From NCBI GenBank assembly GCA_031414535.1, contig JANNVQ010000005.1:115331-179330 (forward strand): DNA of 64,000 bases, given 5' to 3'. Position 1 is the stretch's first letter, and every line of letters begins with the position of its first letter. A program made the position numbers and the translations under genes. The stretch comes from Gemmatimonas sp. (GTDB lineage Bacteria > Gemmatimonadota > Gemmatimonadetes > Gemmatimonadales > Gemmatimonadaceae). Shown in pieces: positions 49,701 to 57,960 of the stretch. Below the pieces are notes generated by a model. The model was not told where the DNA came from and did not search any database. It saw nothing but the letters and a program-made list of their open reading frames with translations.

Positions 49701-50387
49701 GAGCGAGCACTTAGGACGGAAGCATCCGTCATCCGTCTTCCGTCCGGCTTCATCTCTATCACCGACTTCGTAAACCGAACAAAGCTCGATAAGCGCTCCC
49801 TCCGCGCCCTCGCCGAGTCGGGGGCGTTTGACGCCTTCGTGCAAGACGAACCCGCCTCGCGGCGGCGGCGAGTGGCGCTCTGGCGCGTGCTCGAAGCCCA
49901 GCGCGAAGGCCCCGGCCCGCTCGCGCTATTCCCAGAATCACAGGTCCCCGCCGGCCTGCCTGGCTTCTCCGCACCTGAACTCACCGAAGCGGATTATCGC
50001 CTCACCGGCCTCTCGCTCAATGGTCACCCCATGCGGCACGTGCGCGCGCTCGTCACGCCAAACGGCGTGAAGACCGCGCGTGAGATTCATACCATGAACG
50101 ATGGCGAACCGGTCGCGCACGCCGGCCTCGTTATCTGCCGCCAGCGGCCCGGTACGGCCAAGGGCTTCGTCTTCCTCACGCTCGAAGACGAGACAGGCAC
50201 CATCAATGTGGTCATTACGCCACAGCGCTTCGAAGAGCAGGCCCTACTCATCTCCCGCACGCCTCTGCTGCTCGTGCGCGGTACGCTGCAGGTCGAGAGC
50301 GGCGTGTACAACATCCGGGCCAAGGAGTTCATCGCGCTCAACGCCAATGTGGGGGAGAAGGCGGTGAAGGGGCACAACTATAGGTGA
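46728..50387 (+). CDS. dnaE2: Error-prone DNA polymerase DnaE2 (ImuC)
   Basis: PHP 'AELHCHSTFSLLDGAS', 'GRGSAANS', 'PDIDIDF', 'YGFPESHA', 'RQRPGTAKG'; follows imuB. Confidence 0.95.
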   Translation: MVRLSAFAELHCHSTFSLLDGASDPERLVERALALGLHSLALTDHDDVGGAVRFATAAREAGLPGLHGAELTVDVPLPNALERGGRAVPGRVVGEDGIPRLRTHLLLLCETREGWGNLCTLITRARLDHPRGEPRVTLDQLAAHTAGLFALTGCPRGWIPQLLTLGADDLAHQAAGQLYDLFPQRLAVECWNHALPEERALVEQLIPVAMRLRVPWVVTNNVHYALPQGRLGHDVLTALRHGATLDEMGTRLRPNGEWHLKGYAQLAKRWSGREEGLHNSVMIAERCAFRLDQLKPKLPHFPLPEGVSEDEYLARLVEDGAQERWGWRRTARHDKQLEHELKLISKLGLSGYFLIVWDIVRFARREGILCQGRGSAANSAVCYCLGITAVDPVKLELLFERFLSEERAEAPDIDIDFAHRERERVLQYVYRQYGREHAAMVCEHITWRGRSAVRDAARVLGFSPEQAGLLASFSDRFSAKSTAAALRTKSEERGAKEKSEERGGREEGLKGGGGREARVDPFAPERADAMGPANYSKRALAERPATLLDAVSSDLVVGTHASTLIKRAREDHRKLRTESSEGGEATRALEAKRPQDRAAVRELRRGSPRGRPDHEREQEPSLLERAGLDPTDPRVQKLADIVEQLDAAPRHRGIHVGGFVLTDEPLCTVVPIEPASMEERTVIQWEKDDLDPVGLVKIDLLGLGMLTVVQDCLAYVRRTRGVSIDLGQLDCADQAVYDDLCRADTVGVFQVESRAQMNTLPRLKPRCFYDLVVEVALIRPGPIQGAMVHPYLRRKAGLEEVTYPHPSLEPILKRTLGVPLFQEQGMQVAIAAAGFTPGEADLLRKAMGHKRSRERMADICQKMIDGMRANGIPEETAQRIYNQINAFADYGFPESHAASFALIVYASAYLRHYYAPEFLCAMLNAQPMGFYAPGTLIEDAKRHGVKVRSVDITRSQWNHTLEPGDGRNAAPVVRLGIRSVLGLGSVAQQKIERALRTEASVIRLPSGFISITDFVNRTKLDKRSLRALAESGAFDAFVQDEPASRRRRVALWRVLEAQREGPGPLALFPESQVPAGLPGFSAPELTEADYRLTGLSLNGHPMRHVRALVTPNGVKTAREIHTMNDGEPVAHAGLVICRQRPGTAKGFVFLTLEDETGTINVVITPQRFEEQALLISRTPLLLVRGTLQVESGVYNIRAKEFIALNANVGEKAVKGHNYR
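49714..49745. repeat. GACGGAW element copy in frame inside dnaE2
   Basis: GGACGGAAG...CTTCCGTCC stem; 49722-49745 is identical to 43036-43059 over 24 nt. Confidence 0.75.
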
Positions 50388-50392
50388 GTTGC

Positions 50393-50487
50393 GGGACGGA
50401 AGACGGAAGGGGTGTGGGTAGACGCTTTCTTGAGCACCCGCCATCTTGAAGTAGTGCAGTTCCCATCCGCCTTCCGTCTTCCGTCCC
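50393..50487. repeat. 95-bp element with perfect 18-bp terminal inverted repeats (GACGGAW family)
   Basis: GGGACGGAAGACGGAAGG (50393-50410) and CCTTCCGTCTTCCGTCCC (50470-50487). Confidence 0.8.
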
Positions 50488-50488
50488 C

Positions 50489-51112
50489 ATGCGTTTAGCC
50501 ATCTTCGGCGCCACTGGCAGAGTAGGCTCCACCGTACTTACCTACGCCCTGAGTGAAGGCCACACCGTTCGCGCCCTCGCCCGTGACGCTTCTCGCATCG
50601 CGCCGCGCCCCGGCCTCACCGTCATCCAAGGCGACATCCACGACCTCGCCAAAGTCCGCGAGGTCATCGCGGGATGCGACGCCGTCATCTCCGGACTCGG
50701 CGGCGCCGGCGTCGAAGATCCCGGCACCGCGCAGTCACAGGGCATGCGCAACATCGTCCAAGCCATGACCGAAGTCGATGTGAAGCGTGTGCTCGGCGTG
50801 GCCGGCGGCGGCATTCTCGATTCGGCCAACGGCGGTCTTCGCCACGACCAGCCGAGCTTCCCTGCGGTGTTCAAGCAAGTCAGCGCGCGCCACAAAGAAG
50901 CGTGGCACGCCATGCGCGACTCCTCCCTCGACTGGACGATGATCGCCACCGGAGACATCGTGCCCGGCGAACGCACCGGTGTTTACCGCACACTCGAGGA
51001 TCAGTTGCCCGAGGGTGGGCGTAAAATCAGCGTCGAAGACGTCGCGGACTTCCTACTCAAGTCGCTGCGCGACGGAATGCATCTCAAGAAGCGTGTCGGC
51101 GCAGGCTACTAG
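50489..51112 (+). CDS. NAD(P)-dependent oxidoreductase (atypical SDR, flavin reductase-like)
   Basis: 'AIFGATGRVG', 'SLDWTMI', 'ISVEDVADF'. Confidence 0.85.
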   Translation: MRLAIFGATGRVGSTVLTYALSEGHTVRALARDASRIAPRPGLTVIQGDIHDLAKVREVIAGCDAVISGLGGAGVEDPGTAQSQGMRNIVQAMTEVDVKRVLGVAGGGILDSANGGLRHDQPSFPAVFKQVSARHKEAWHAMRDSSLDWTMIATGDIVPGERTGVYRTLEDQLPEGGRKISVEDVADFLLKSLRDGMHLKKRVGAGY

Positions 51113-51151
51113 CCCACGCCGAAACCTGTGCTGCCATAGTGCTGCGGCCGG

Positions 51152-51892
51152 CTACTTGGCGACGTAGCCGCCATCCACCAAGTAACTCGCGCCGGTCACG
51201 AACGACGCGTCGTCCGAGGCGAGGAAGCAAATCATCGCCGCGACCTCCTCGGGAGTGCCCAGCCTTGCCATCGGATGCAAGGGCAGCACCGCATCTTCCA
51301 TTCCCGCAATCATCGGCGTTTGGATAAACGCGGGATTCACCGCGTTCACGCGGATTCCAATCGCGGCGAGCTCCAGCGCGGCAGCCTTGGTCAGGCCCAT
51401 CACGCCGTGCTTGGCCGCCGTGTAAGCGGCGGCGTTGGCTAAGCCCACGAGCCCAAGGATGGACGACACGTTGATGATTGAACCCTTGACCCGCTTCGCC
51501 TTCATCGCGCGCACCGCGTGCTTCACGCCGTAAAACACACCATTCAGGTTCACGTTGATGGTGCGCTGCCAGGCACTGGCATCAAGCGTGTCGATGTCTC
51601 CGGCCGTCTCGCCGATGCCGGCGTTGTTTACCATCACGTCGAGTGAGGCGTACTCAGACAGCGCCCGATCCACGAGATCCGAGACGTCCTGCTCCACGCT
51701 CACATCGGCACGCACGGCCATCGCGCGGCCACTGGCACGCACAATCGCTGCCACCACACGGTCAGCGTTGCCCCCGTTGATATCAGACACGACGACGGAA
51801 GCACCTTCTGCGGCGAAGCGGAGTGCCGTTGCCGCTCCAATCCCGCTGCCGGCGCCGGTCAGCACCACAACCCTGCCCTGAAAACGGAGCAT
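51152..51892 (-). CDS. SDR family oxidoreductase
   Basis: TGAGSGIG, NNAG, YTAAK, 'VDGGY'; GGAGG RBS. Confidence 0.9.
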   Translation of the reverse strand: MLRFQGRVVVLTGAGSGIGAATALRFAAEGASVVVSDINGGNADRVVAAIVRASGRAMAVRADVSVEQDVSDLVDRALSEYASLDVMVNNAGIGETAGDIDTLDASAWQRTINVNLNGVFYGVKHAVRAMKAKRVKGSIINVSSILGLVGLANAAAYTAAKHGVMGLTKAAALELAAIGIRVNAVNPAFIQTPMIAGMEDAVLPLHPMARLGTPEEVAAMICFLASDDASFVTGASYLVDGGYVAK

Positions 51893-51997
51893 CTGCACCT
51901 CCCCGTAAGTGATACGGAAAGGTCGAGTCGGGACCAGCCTACGTCAGTCGGGCAACTGCATCACGGCGCGCAAGGGTAACCCCCTCGGGAATTCCCT

Positions 51998-52858
51998 TCA
52001 GGGGGCAAGTTTGAGCGCTGCGCGAATCGCCAAGCCAGCGGCACGCAGTTGCGCCAAGTCCACGCCGGTCGCGTAGCCCGCCCTCGCCAACAACTCGAGC
52101 ACGTCCTCCGTAGCCACGTTGCCCGTCGCACCAGGCGCGTACGGACATCCGCCAAGGCCGGCTGCGCTCGCATCAATGCTGCGTACACCGAGTGCGAGGC
52201 AGGCTTCAAGGTTCACGAGCGCCCGCTGGTATGTGTCGTGGAAGTGCGCGTTCACGCGAAACGCATCGGTGAGCATGAGCACCTCGCCGAACACCCGAGA
52301 GGTCAGCTCCGGCGTGCCGACGCCGATGGTGTCCGCAATCGAGAGTTCGTCCACACCGATGTCGAGCAACCGCTGCGCCACATCGCGCACCGCGCTCGCA
52401 GCGATGTCACCCTCGTACGGGCATCCCAAGGCACAGGACACCGTCCCTCGCACGGCAATCCCGTCTTGTTTGGCCCGCGCCACCACGGGACCGAAGCGCT
52501 CAATAGACTCGGCAATCGTGCAGTTGATATTCCGCTGCGAGAAGGTCTCACTCGCCGCACCGAACACCACGATGCCATCAGGCTTGGTGGGCAAGGCGCG
52601 GTCATAGCCACGCTCGTTGGGCACCAACACGGTGTAGCGCGTGCCGGGGCGACGCGTGATTCCCGCCATCACCGCCTCAGCGTCCGCTAACTGAGGAATC
52701 GCCTTCGGCGACACGAAGCTCGTCACCTCAATCACCGGCACGCCCGCGGCGCTCAGCGCATCCACCAACGCGATCTTGGACGCTACGCTGACCACGGCCT
52801 TCTCATTTTGAAGGCCATCGCGGGGCGAAACGTCAACAACAGTGACATAGCGAGCCAT
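51998..52858 (-). CDS. Hydroxymethylglutaryl-CoA lyase
   Basis: 'SPRDGLQNE', 'HFHDT', 'GLGGCPYAPGATGNVATED'. Confidence 0.92.
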   Translation of the reverse strand: MARYVTVVDVSPRDGLQNEKAVVSVASKIALVDALSAAGVPVIEVTSFVSPKAIPQLADAEAVMAGITRRPGTRYTVLVPNERGYDRALPTKPDGIVVFGAASETFSQRNINCTIAESIERFGPVVARAKQDGIAVRGTVSCALGCPYEGDIAASAVRDVAQRLLDIGVDELSIADTIGVGTPELTSRVFGEVLMLTDAFRVNAHFHDTYQRALVNLEACLALGVRSIDASAAGLGGCPYAPGATGNVATEDVLELLARAGYATGVDLAQLRAAGLAIRAALKLAP

Positions 52859-52898
52859 AGTGAAGCATAATGAGGGTACCTCATGACGGAGTTTCCGA

Positions 52899-53513
52899 AT
52901 GCGCCTCGCCAAGATCGCCTTGCTCCTACTGCTCAGTGCAGCGGCGAGCGCCTGCTCCCGGGAGCGCTCGCCGGCGGTCGCCGCCCTCGCACCAGTAGTG
53001 GACTCGGCCACGGTTGCCCGAGCGCAGGCAGCGGCCAGCACGCTCGGCCCCGACCTCGCGGCCATGCTGCAGCATGCCATCCGTGACGGTGGGCCCGCGT
53101 CCGCCGTTGCCGTGTGCGCCGATTCCGCTCAGACTGTCACCGCGCGCCATGCCAGGGATGGTGTCGGTATCAGGCGCGTCGGCACGCGACTCCGCAATCC
53201 CGCGAACGCGCCTGACACGCTTGAGGCGCGCGTGCTCGCCTACTTCGCGGAGCGCATGGCGGCGGGCACCGTGCCTGATGAAATGATTGGCGTCGCGCAG
53301 ACGGGAGAGAACGGCGGCTGGGAACTTCGGTATCTGCGGCCGATTGTCTTGCAAGAGTTTTGCACCACCTGCCATGGCGCGCGTGATTCCTTCGCCCCAG
53401 ACCTGCGAGCCATAATTGCCGAGCGCTATCCAACGGACTCGGCGGTGGACTACTTGGCTGGAAGCCTGCGTGGTGCCATCAGCGTGCGCGTGCCCCTATC
53501 CACCACCCGCTGA
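52899..53513 (+). CDS. DUF3365 (Tll0287-like) c-type heme lipoprotein
   Basis: Lipobox 'ASAC'; 'RNPANAPD', CTTCH heme motif, 'LRGAISV'. Confidence 0.82.
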   Translation: MRLAKIALLLLLSAAASACSRERSPAVAALAPVVDSATVARAQAAASTLGPDLAAMLQHAIRDGGPASAVAVCADSAQTVTARHARDGVGIRRVGTRLRNPANAPDTLEARVLAYFAERMAAGTVPDEMIGVAQTGENGGWELRYLRPIVLQEFCTTCHGARDSFAPDLRAIIAERYPTDSAVDYLAGSLRGAISVRVPLSTTR

Positions 53514-53524
53514 CCCGCATCCCG

Positions 53525-54016
53525 ATGACTGCTTCGTACACCGCTCCACCGCGCACCACCATCGGCCACGTCCACCTCAAGGTCTCGGAGCTGGAGCGCT
53601 CGGTGGCCTTCTACCGTGACGTGCTCGGCTTCCAAGTGCAGATGATGTACGGCACCCAAGCGGCCTTCCTTTCCGCTGGCGGCTACCACCATCACTTGGG
53701 GCTGAACACGTGGGAGAGTGCGGGCACGGGCCCAGCACCGCGCCGCGCGCCGGGGCTGTACCACGTGGCGATCCTCTTCCCCGAGGAGCGCGATCTCGCC
53801 ATCGCCGTCAAGCACGTTCTGCAAGCCGGTGTGGCGCTTTCCGGCGCGTCGGACCACGGCGTGAGCAAGGCCATTTATCTTGATGACCCGGATGGGAACG
53901 GCATTGAGCTGTATTGGGATCGCCGCAAGGAGCTCTGGCCAAAGAATCCTGATGGTTCACTCACGATGTTCACTCGAGGTCTGGACCTCGACGCACTCCT
54001 CGCACTCGCCCCGTGA
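53525..54016 (+). CDS. VOC family protein (CatE-like)
   Basis: 'IGHVHLKV', 'GGYHHHLGLNTW', 'DHGVS.AIYL.DPDGNGIELY'. Confidence 0.88.
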   Translation: MTASYTAPPRTTIGHVHLKVSELERSVAFYRDVLGFQVQMMYGTQAAFLSAGGYHHHLGLNTWESAGTGPAPRRAPGLYHVAILFPEERDLAIAVKHVLQAGVALSGASDHGVSKAIYLDDPDGNGIELYWDRRKELWPKNPDGSLTMFTRGLDLDALLALAP

Positions 54017-54954
54017 TTCTTAGCGAGATCCCTCGCGGCTTCAGCACTCGATTCGCGCCAGCTCCCACGGGCCACCTCCATTTAGGCCACATCGTCAACG
54101 CGGTGTGGGTCTGGGGACTTGCGGACGCCTATGACGGCCGAGTGCTGCTGCGGATCGAGGATCACGACCGGGGCCGGAGCAAATGGGAGTACGAGCAGAG
54201 TATTCTCGAGGACCTCGACTGGCTCGGTCTCGCGCCCGATGGCGCGAACACGGATACGTTCCGCCGCGGCAAGACAGCCCAGCGCCAGAGCGATAACCTC
54301 GCGCGTTATGCCGAGCGCCTACTCGAACTCGAACTTCGGGGGATCGCCTACACCTGCATCTGCTCACGCGGTGAAATCGAACGCGCCTGGGCGATGACGT
54401 GGGCCCGCGAGCAGAACGGCATTCCGCTCCTCGATGGCGTGGAAGCGCGCTACGCCGGGAGCTGTCGCGCGGCCCATCATGACCCTCGCAGCACGGCAGC
54501 TCGGCGCATCATGATGGACGACCAAGAGCCAGAACAGTTTGACGACCTGCGTCGCGGCCCCCAAGTGCAGGAGCCAAGCGAGCAGTGCGGCGACCTTCTC
54601 GCTCGTGACCGCAACGGCAACTTCACATACCACTTCGCCGTCACCGTGGACGACATTGACCAAGGCGTCAATGTCATCATCCGAGGCGCAGACTTGCTCG
54701 AGAGCACCGGGCGCCAAATTCGTCTGGCCCGCATCCTCGGACGCGAGATGGCGCCGCGTTTCCTGCATCATCCGTTGGTCACGCACAACGACGGCCGCAA
54801 GCTCAGCAAATCGGCTGGCGATACTGGCATCCGCGAACTCCGCGCTTTCGGTGCTACGCCTGAGGCCGTGCTCGGACGCGCCGCCCAACTCGGAGGCCTG
54901 CCGCACGACGGCTCTCCCATCGCCGCCACCGACCTCAAGCAGCTCTTTCGATGA
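54013..54954 (+). CDS. gluQ: Glutamyl-Q tRNA(Asp) synthetase (GluRS catalytic-domain paralog)
   Basis: 'RFAPAPTGHLHLGH', 'LRIEDHD', 'RGADLL', 'KLSKS'; no anticodon-binding domain. Confidence 0.8.
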   Translation: MILSEIPRGFSTRFAPAPTGHLHLGHIVNAVWVWGLADAYDGRVLLRIEDHDRGRSKWEYEQSILEDLDWLGLAPDGANTDTFRRGKTAQRQSDNLARYAERLLELELRGIAYTCICSRGEIERAWAMTWAREQNGIPLLDGVEARYAGSCRAAHHDPRSTAARRIMMDDQEPEQFDDLRRGPQVQEPSEQCGDLLARDRNGNFTYHFAVTVDDIDQGVNVIIRGADLLESTGRQIRLARILGREMAPRFLHHPLVTHNDGRKLSKSAGDTGIRELRAFGATPEAVLGRAAQLGGLPHDGSPIAATDLKQLFR

Positions 54955-56327
54955 TGACAGCACCAATCATTGCGCTGGCGGCCTTCCTCGTCCTGCAATT
55001 GGGGATTGGCGTATGGGTCTCTAAGCGCATCGCGACGGAGAGCGACTATCTCATCGGTGGTCGCAAGCTTGGCTACACGCTCGCAACATTTTCGATCTTC
55101 GCCACGTGGTTTGGCGCCGAGACGGTGATTGGGTCGTCGGGCCAGGCTTTTGCCGATGGCGTCTCGCTCGCATCCCCGGAGCCGTTTGGGTACGGATTGT
55201 GCTTGGTGCTGATGGGACTGCTGCTCGCCAAGCCGCTTTGGAATCGTGGGCTGACAACCTTGGCGGATCTTTATCGCCAACGCTTTGGTGTCGGCGTCGA
55301 GCGCCTCGCGGCCGTGCTACTCATTCCTTCGTCAGTCCTCTGGGCTGCCGCGCAGATTCGCGCCTTCGGCTCGGTAGTCTCCCTCGTTGGCGATGTGCCG
55401 ATCACCACTGCGGTGACCGTGGCGGCGCTGTTTGTGGTGGCCTACACAGCCTTCGGTGGCTTGCTCGCCGATGCGGTGACGGACGTGCTCCAAGGCTTCG
55501 TCTTGAGCATTGCCCTCATCGCCATGCTCGTGCTCGTCATCGGACACGTGGGCGGCACTGCGGACGCCGTACGCATTTTGGGTGACAGCGGTAAGGTGAG
55601 TTTCACCGCGCACACCGTACAGCCCTGGTATAGCACACTCGAAGCTTGGGCGATTCCCGTAATCGGCTCACTCACAGCCACTGAAGTGGTGGGTCGCGTG
55701 ATTGCGGCCCGCTCTGGAACCGTGGCCCAGCGGGCGTCGCTCTTGGCCGGCACGATGTACATCGCCATCGGACTCATTCCTATTGTAATTGCGCTACTGG
55801 CCACCAGTTTTATGGGTCCCTTGGCCGATAGCGAGACGATTCTCCCAGCCGTAGCCCGAGACGTGCTGCCCCCGATGGTCTTCGCCCTTTTTGCCGGTGG
55901 CTTGGTCTCAGCAATCCTCTCCACCGTGGACTCCACGCTACTCGTGTCCTCCGGTTTGCTCGCGCACAACTTGATTGTGCCGCTCGCTAAGGTTACCGAC
56001 GAGCGCCGAAAGGTCATGATTGCCCGTGCTGGCGTGTTGAGCTTCGGCCTCATCGCGTACGCGCTGGCACTCACCACCAGCGGCGTGCTCGCCCTCGTAG
56101 AGCAAGCCTCCGCACTCGGCAGCACGGGGATCGTGATTACCGTGCTCTTCGGCCTATTCACCACGCTCGGCTCTCCTCGCACGGCTGGCGCTACCCTCGT
56201 GGTGGGTCTGCTGAGCTATGTTGGAGGTGTCGTCGCTGGGCTCGACGCACCGTTCCTCGTCTCACTGGCTTGCTCGCTTCTCACGTGGGGAATCGGATGC
56301 GCGACCGACGCCAAGGCGTCCTCGTAG
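54951..56327 (+). CDS. Sodium:solute symporter family protein
   Basis: 'DYLIGGR', 'FATWFGAET', 'TDVLQG', 'SAILSTVDS'. Confidence 0.88.
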   Translation: MMTAPIIALAAFLVLQLGIGVWVSKRIATESDYLIGGRKLGYTLATFSIFATWFGAETVIGSSGQAFADGVSLASPEPFGYGLCLVLMGLLLAKPLWNRGLTTLADLYRQRFGVGVERLAAVLLIPSSVLWAAAQIRAFGSVVSLVGDVPITTAVTVAALFVVAYTAFGGLLADAVTDVLQGFVLSIALIAMLVLVIGHVGGTADAVRILGDSGKVSFTAHTVQPWYSTLEAWAIPVIGSLTATEVVGRVIAARSGTVAQRASLLAGTMYIAIGLIPIVIALLATSFMGPLADSETILPAVARDVLPPMVFALFAGGLVSAILSTVDSTLLVSSGLLAHNLIVPLAKVTDERRKVMIARAGVLSFGLIAYALALTTSGVLALVEQASALGSTGIVITVLFGLFTTLGSPRTAGATLVVGLLSYVGGVVAGLDAPFLVSLACSLLTWGIGCATDAKASS

Positions 56328-57484
56328 GGGCTGCCTTCCTGATGGCCACCTCGGCCATCGGGCCGGGGTTCCTCACACAGACGGCTGTCTTCACGGAGCG
56401 GCTCGGACCGAGCTTCGCATTTGCCATCTTGATTTCGGTGCTCGTGGACATCGCCGCGCAGGTGAGCATCTGGCGAGTCCTCACCGTGTCGGGTAATCGG
56501 GCGACAGTCGTCGGCAATCAGGTGGCGCCGGGTGTGGGCACGGCACTCGCCATACTCGTGAGCCTCGGTGGACTCGCCTTCAACGTGGGCAACGTTGCCG
56601 GCACCGGTGTCGGACTCGAAGCGGCCATCGGCATGCCGGTGATTCCCGCGGCACTGCTCTCCGCTACCGTGGCGATTGTCCTCTTCATGATGAAGGAAGC
56701 TGGTAAGGCGATGGATCGCTTCTCCATTGCGCTGGGTTTCGTGCTCATCGCGCTCACGGCTTTCATCGCCATCACGGGTGCCCCGCCCGTCGCTGAAGCG
56801 GCCTATCGCGCGTTCGTGCCGTCGAAGATTGACGCGCTTTCCATTGTCACAATCGTCGGCGGCACGGTTGGCGGTTACATCACGTTCGCAGGGGCGCATC
56901 GGTTGGTTGATGCTGGCGTTCACGGACTCGAGAACGTCGGCCAGGTGACGCGCTCGGCGGTCACCGCTATCACCACGGCAACGGTGATGCGCATCGTCCT
57001 GTTCCTGGCCGCGCTCAGCGTGGTGCACAAGGGCCTCGCACTAGATGCCAACAATCCCGCCGGCTCGGTGTTTCAACTGGCGCTGGGCGACGTCGGTTTC
57101 CGCATCTTCGGCGTCGTGATGTGGTCCGCTGCGGTGACCTCGCTGATCGGCGCCGCGTACACCAGTGTCTCGTTTCTGCGAGATTTACATCCCGCAATTG
57201 ACCGACACTGGCAGCGGGCAATCATCGTAATGATTGCCATGTCCACTCTGATTTTCGTCCTCACGGGACGTCCCGCGCGCACGATGTTGGTGGTCGGCAC
57301 GCTCAACGGCCTGATCCTTCCGCTCGCGCTCGGCACCATGCTCGTGGCCGCGTATCAACGCCGCATCATCGGCGAATACAAGCAGCCTCTGCTGCTCACC
57401 ATCGCTGGCGTGATTGCCGCCGGGTCAATGGCAGTCGCTGGTGCCTACGTGGCGTGGCGAGACCTTCCCGGAATGTTTCGATGA
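56297..57484 (+). CDS. NRAMP-like transporter (YcsG type)
   Basis: 'GAAFLMATSAIGPGFLTQT', 'GGTVGGYITFAGAHRL', 'GAAYTSVSF'. Confidence 0.85.
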   Translation: MRDRRQGVLVGAAFLMATSAIGPGFLTQTAVFTERLGPSFAFAILISVLVDIAAQVSIWRVLTVSGNRATVVGNQVAPGVGTALAILVSLGGLAFNVGNVAGTGVGLEAAIGMPVIPAALLSATVAIVLFMMKEAGKAMDRFSIALGFVLIALTAFIAITGAPPVAEAAYRAFVPSKIDALSIVTIVGGTVGGYITFAGAHRLVDAGVHGLENVGQVTRSAVTAITTATVMRIVLFLAALSVVHKGLALDANNPAGSVFQLALGDVGFRIFGVVMWSAAVTSLIGAAYTSVSFLRDLHPAIDRHWQRAIIVMIAMSTLIFVLTGRPARTMLVVGTLNGLILPLALGTMLVAAYQRRIIGEYKQPLLLTIAGVIAAGSMAVAGAYVAWRDLPGMFR

Positions 57485-57930
57485 GCGACACGCCTGAGGA
57501 GGCGCAGCGACAGGAGCAGCAACAGCAGCACGCCCCGCCGCGCGAGGAGTCCGCACTGCCCGTGGCCGCCCCAATCAGTGCGGCGCCAATCAGCGACTTC
57601 AAGCTCAAGCAGCGCACCACGCTTCGCATCGTTGGCACGACAATCGTGCTCTCCATCGTCATGAGCGCCGTCCTTGAGTACGGCGGATGGCAGAGAGCTT
57701 TCATGGACATGCCAGCCCCACACGCACCGATCCCGCCGCTCTCGTTTCTGCGCGGGGTCTGGGACACTACGCTCGGCGCCATCGGCGTCGGCGTCGCTGG
57801 AGCGCTGGGCGCATTGCTTCTCCCCTCCACATGGCGAAAGTCCTGGCGCCGAGTGCCAGCGGCCTTTGTGATGGGCGCAGTCGCGTTTCTAGGCTTCCTC
57901 TCCTTTGTCACTTTCGACTTCATGCGGTAG
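57481..57930 (+). CDS. Hypothetical membrane protein
   Basis: Three hydrophobic segments; ATGA overlap with the upstream gene. Confidence 0.6.
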   Translation: MSDTPEEAQRQEQQQQHAPPREESALPVAAPISAAPISDFKLKQRTTLRIVGTTIVLSIVMSAVLEYGGWQRAFMDMPAPHAPIPPLSFLRGVWDTTLGAIGVGVAGALGALLLPSTWRKSWRRVPAAFVMGAVAFLGFLSFVTFDFMR

Positions 57931-57960
57931 CTTTTCCTCGTCCCCTACCGGAGTCCCCAG

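Noticed and set aside
42999..50487. CRISPR array from the recurring GACGGA repeats
   Set aside because: Copies are kilobases apart, vary in length, have no regular unique spacers, and no cas genes are present
51970..52004. Hairpin between HMG-CoA lyase and SDR as a riboswitch or ncRNA
   Set aside because: Short imperfect stem with no recognisable aptamer; at most a terminator
54013..54954. Full glutamyl-tRNA synthetase gltX
   Set aside because: Only 313 aa and lacks the anticodon-binding domain; fits GluQ
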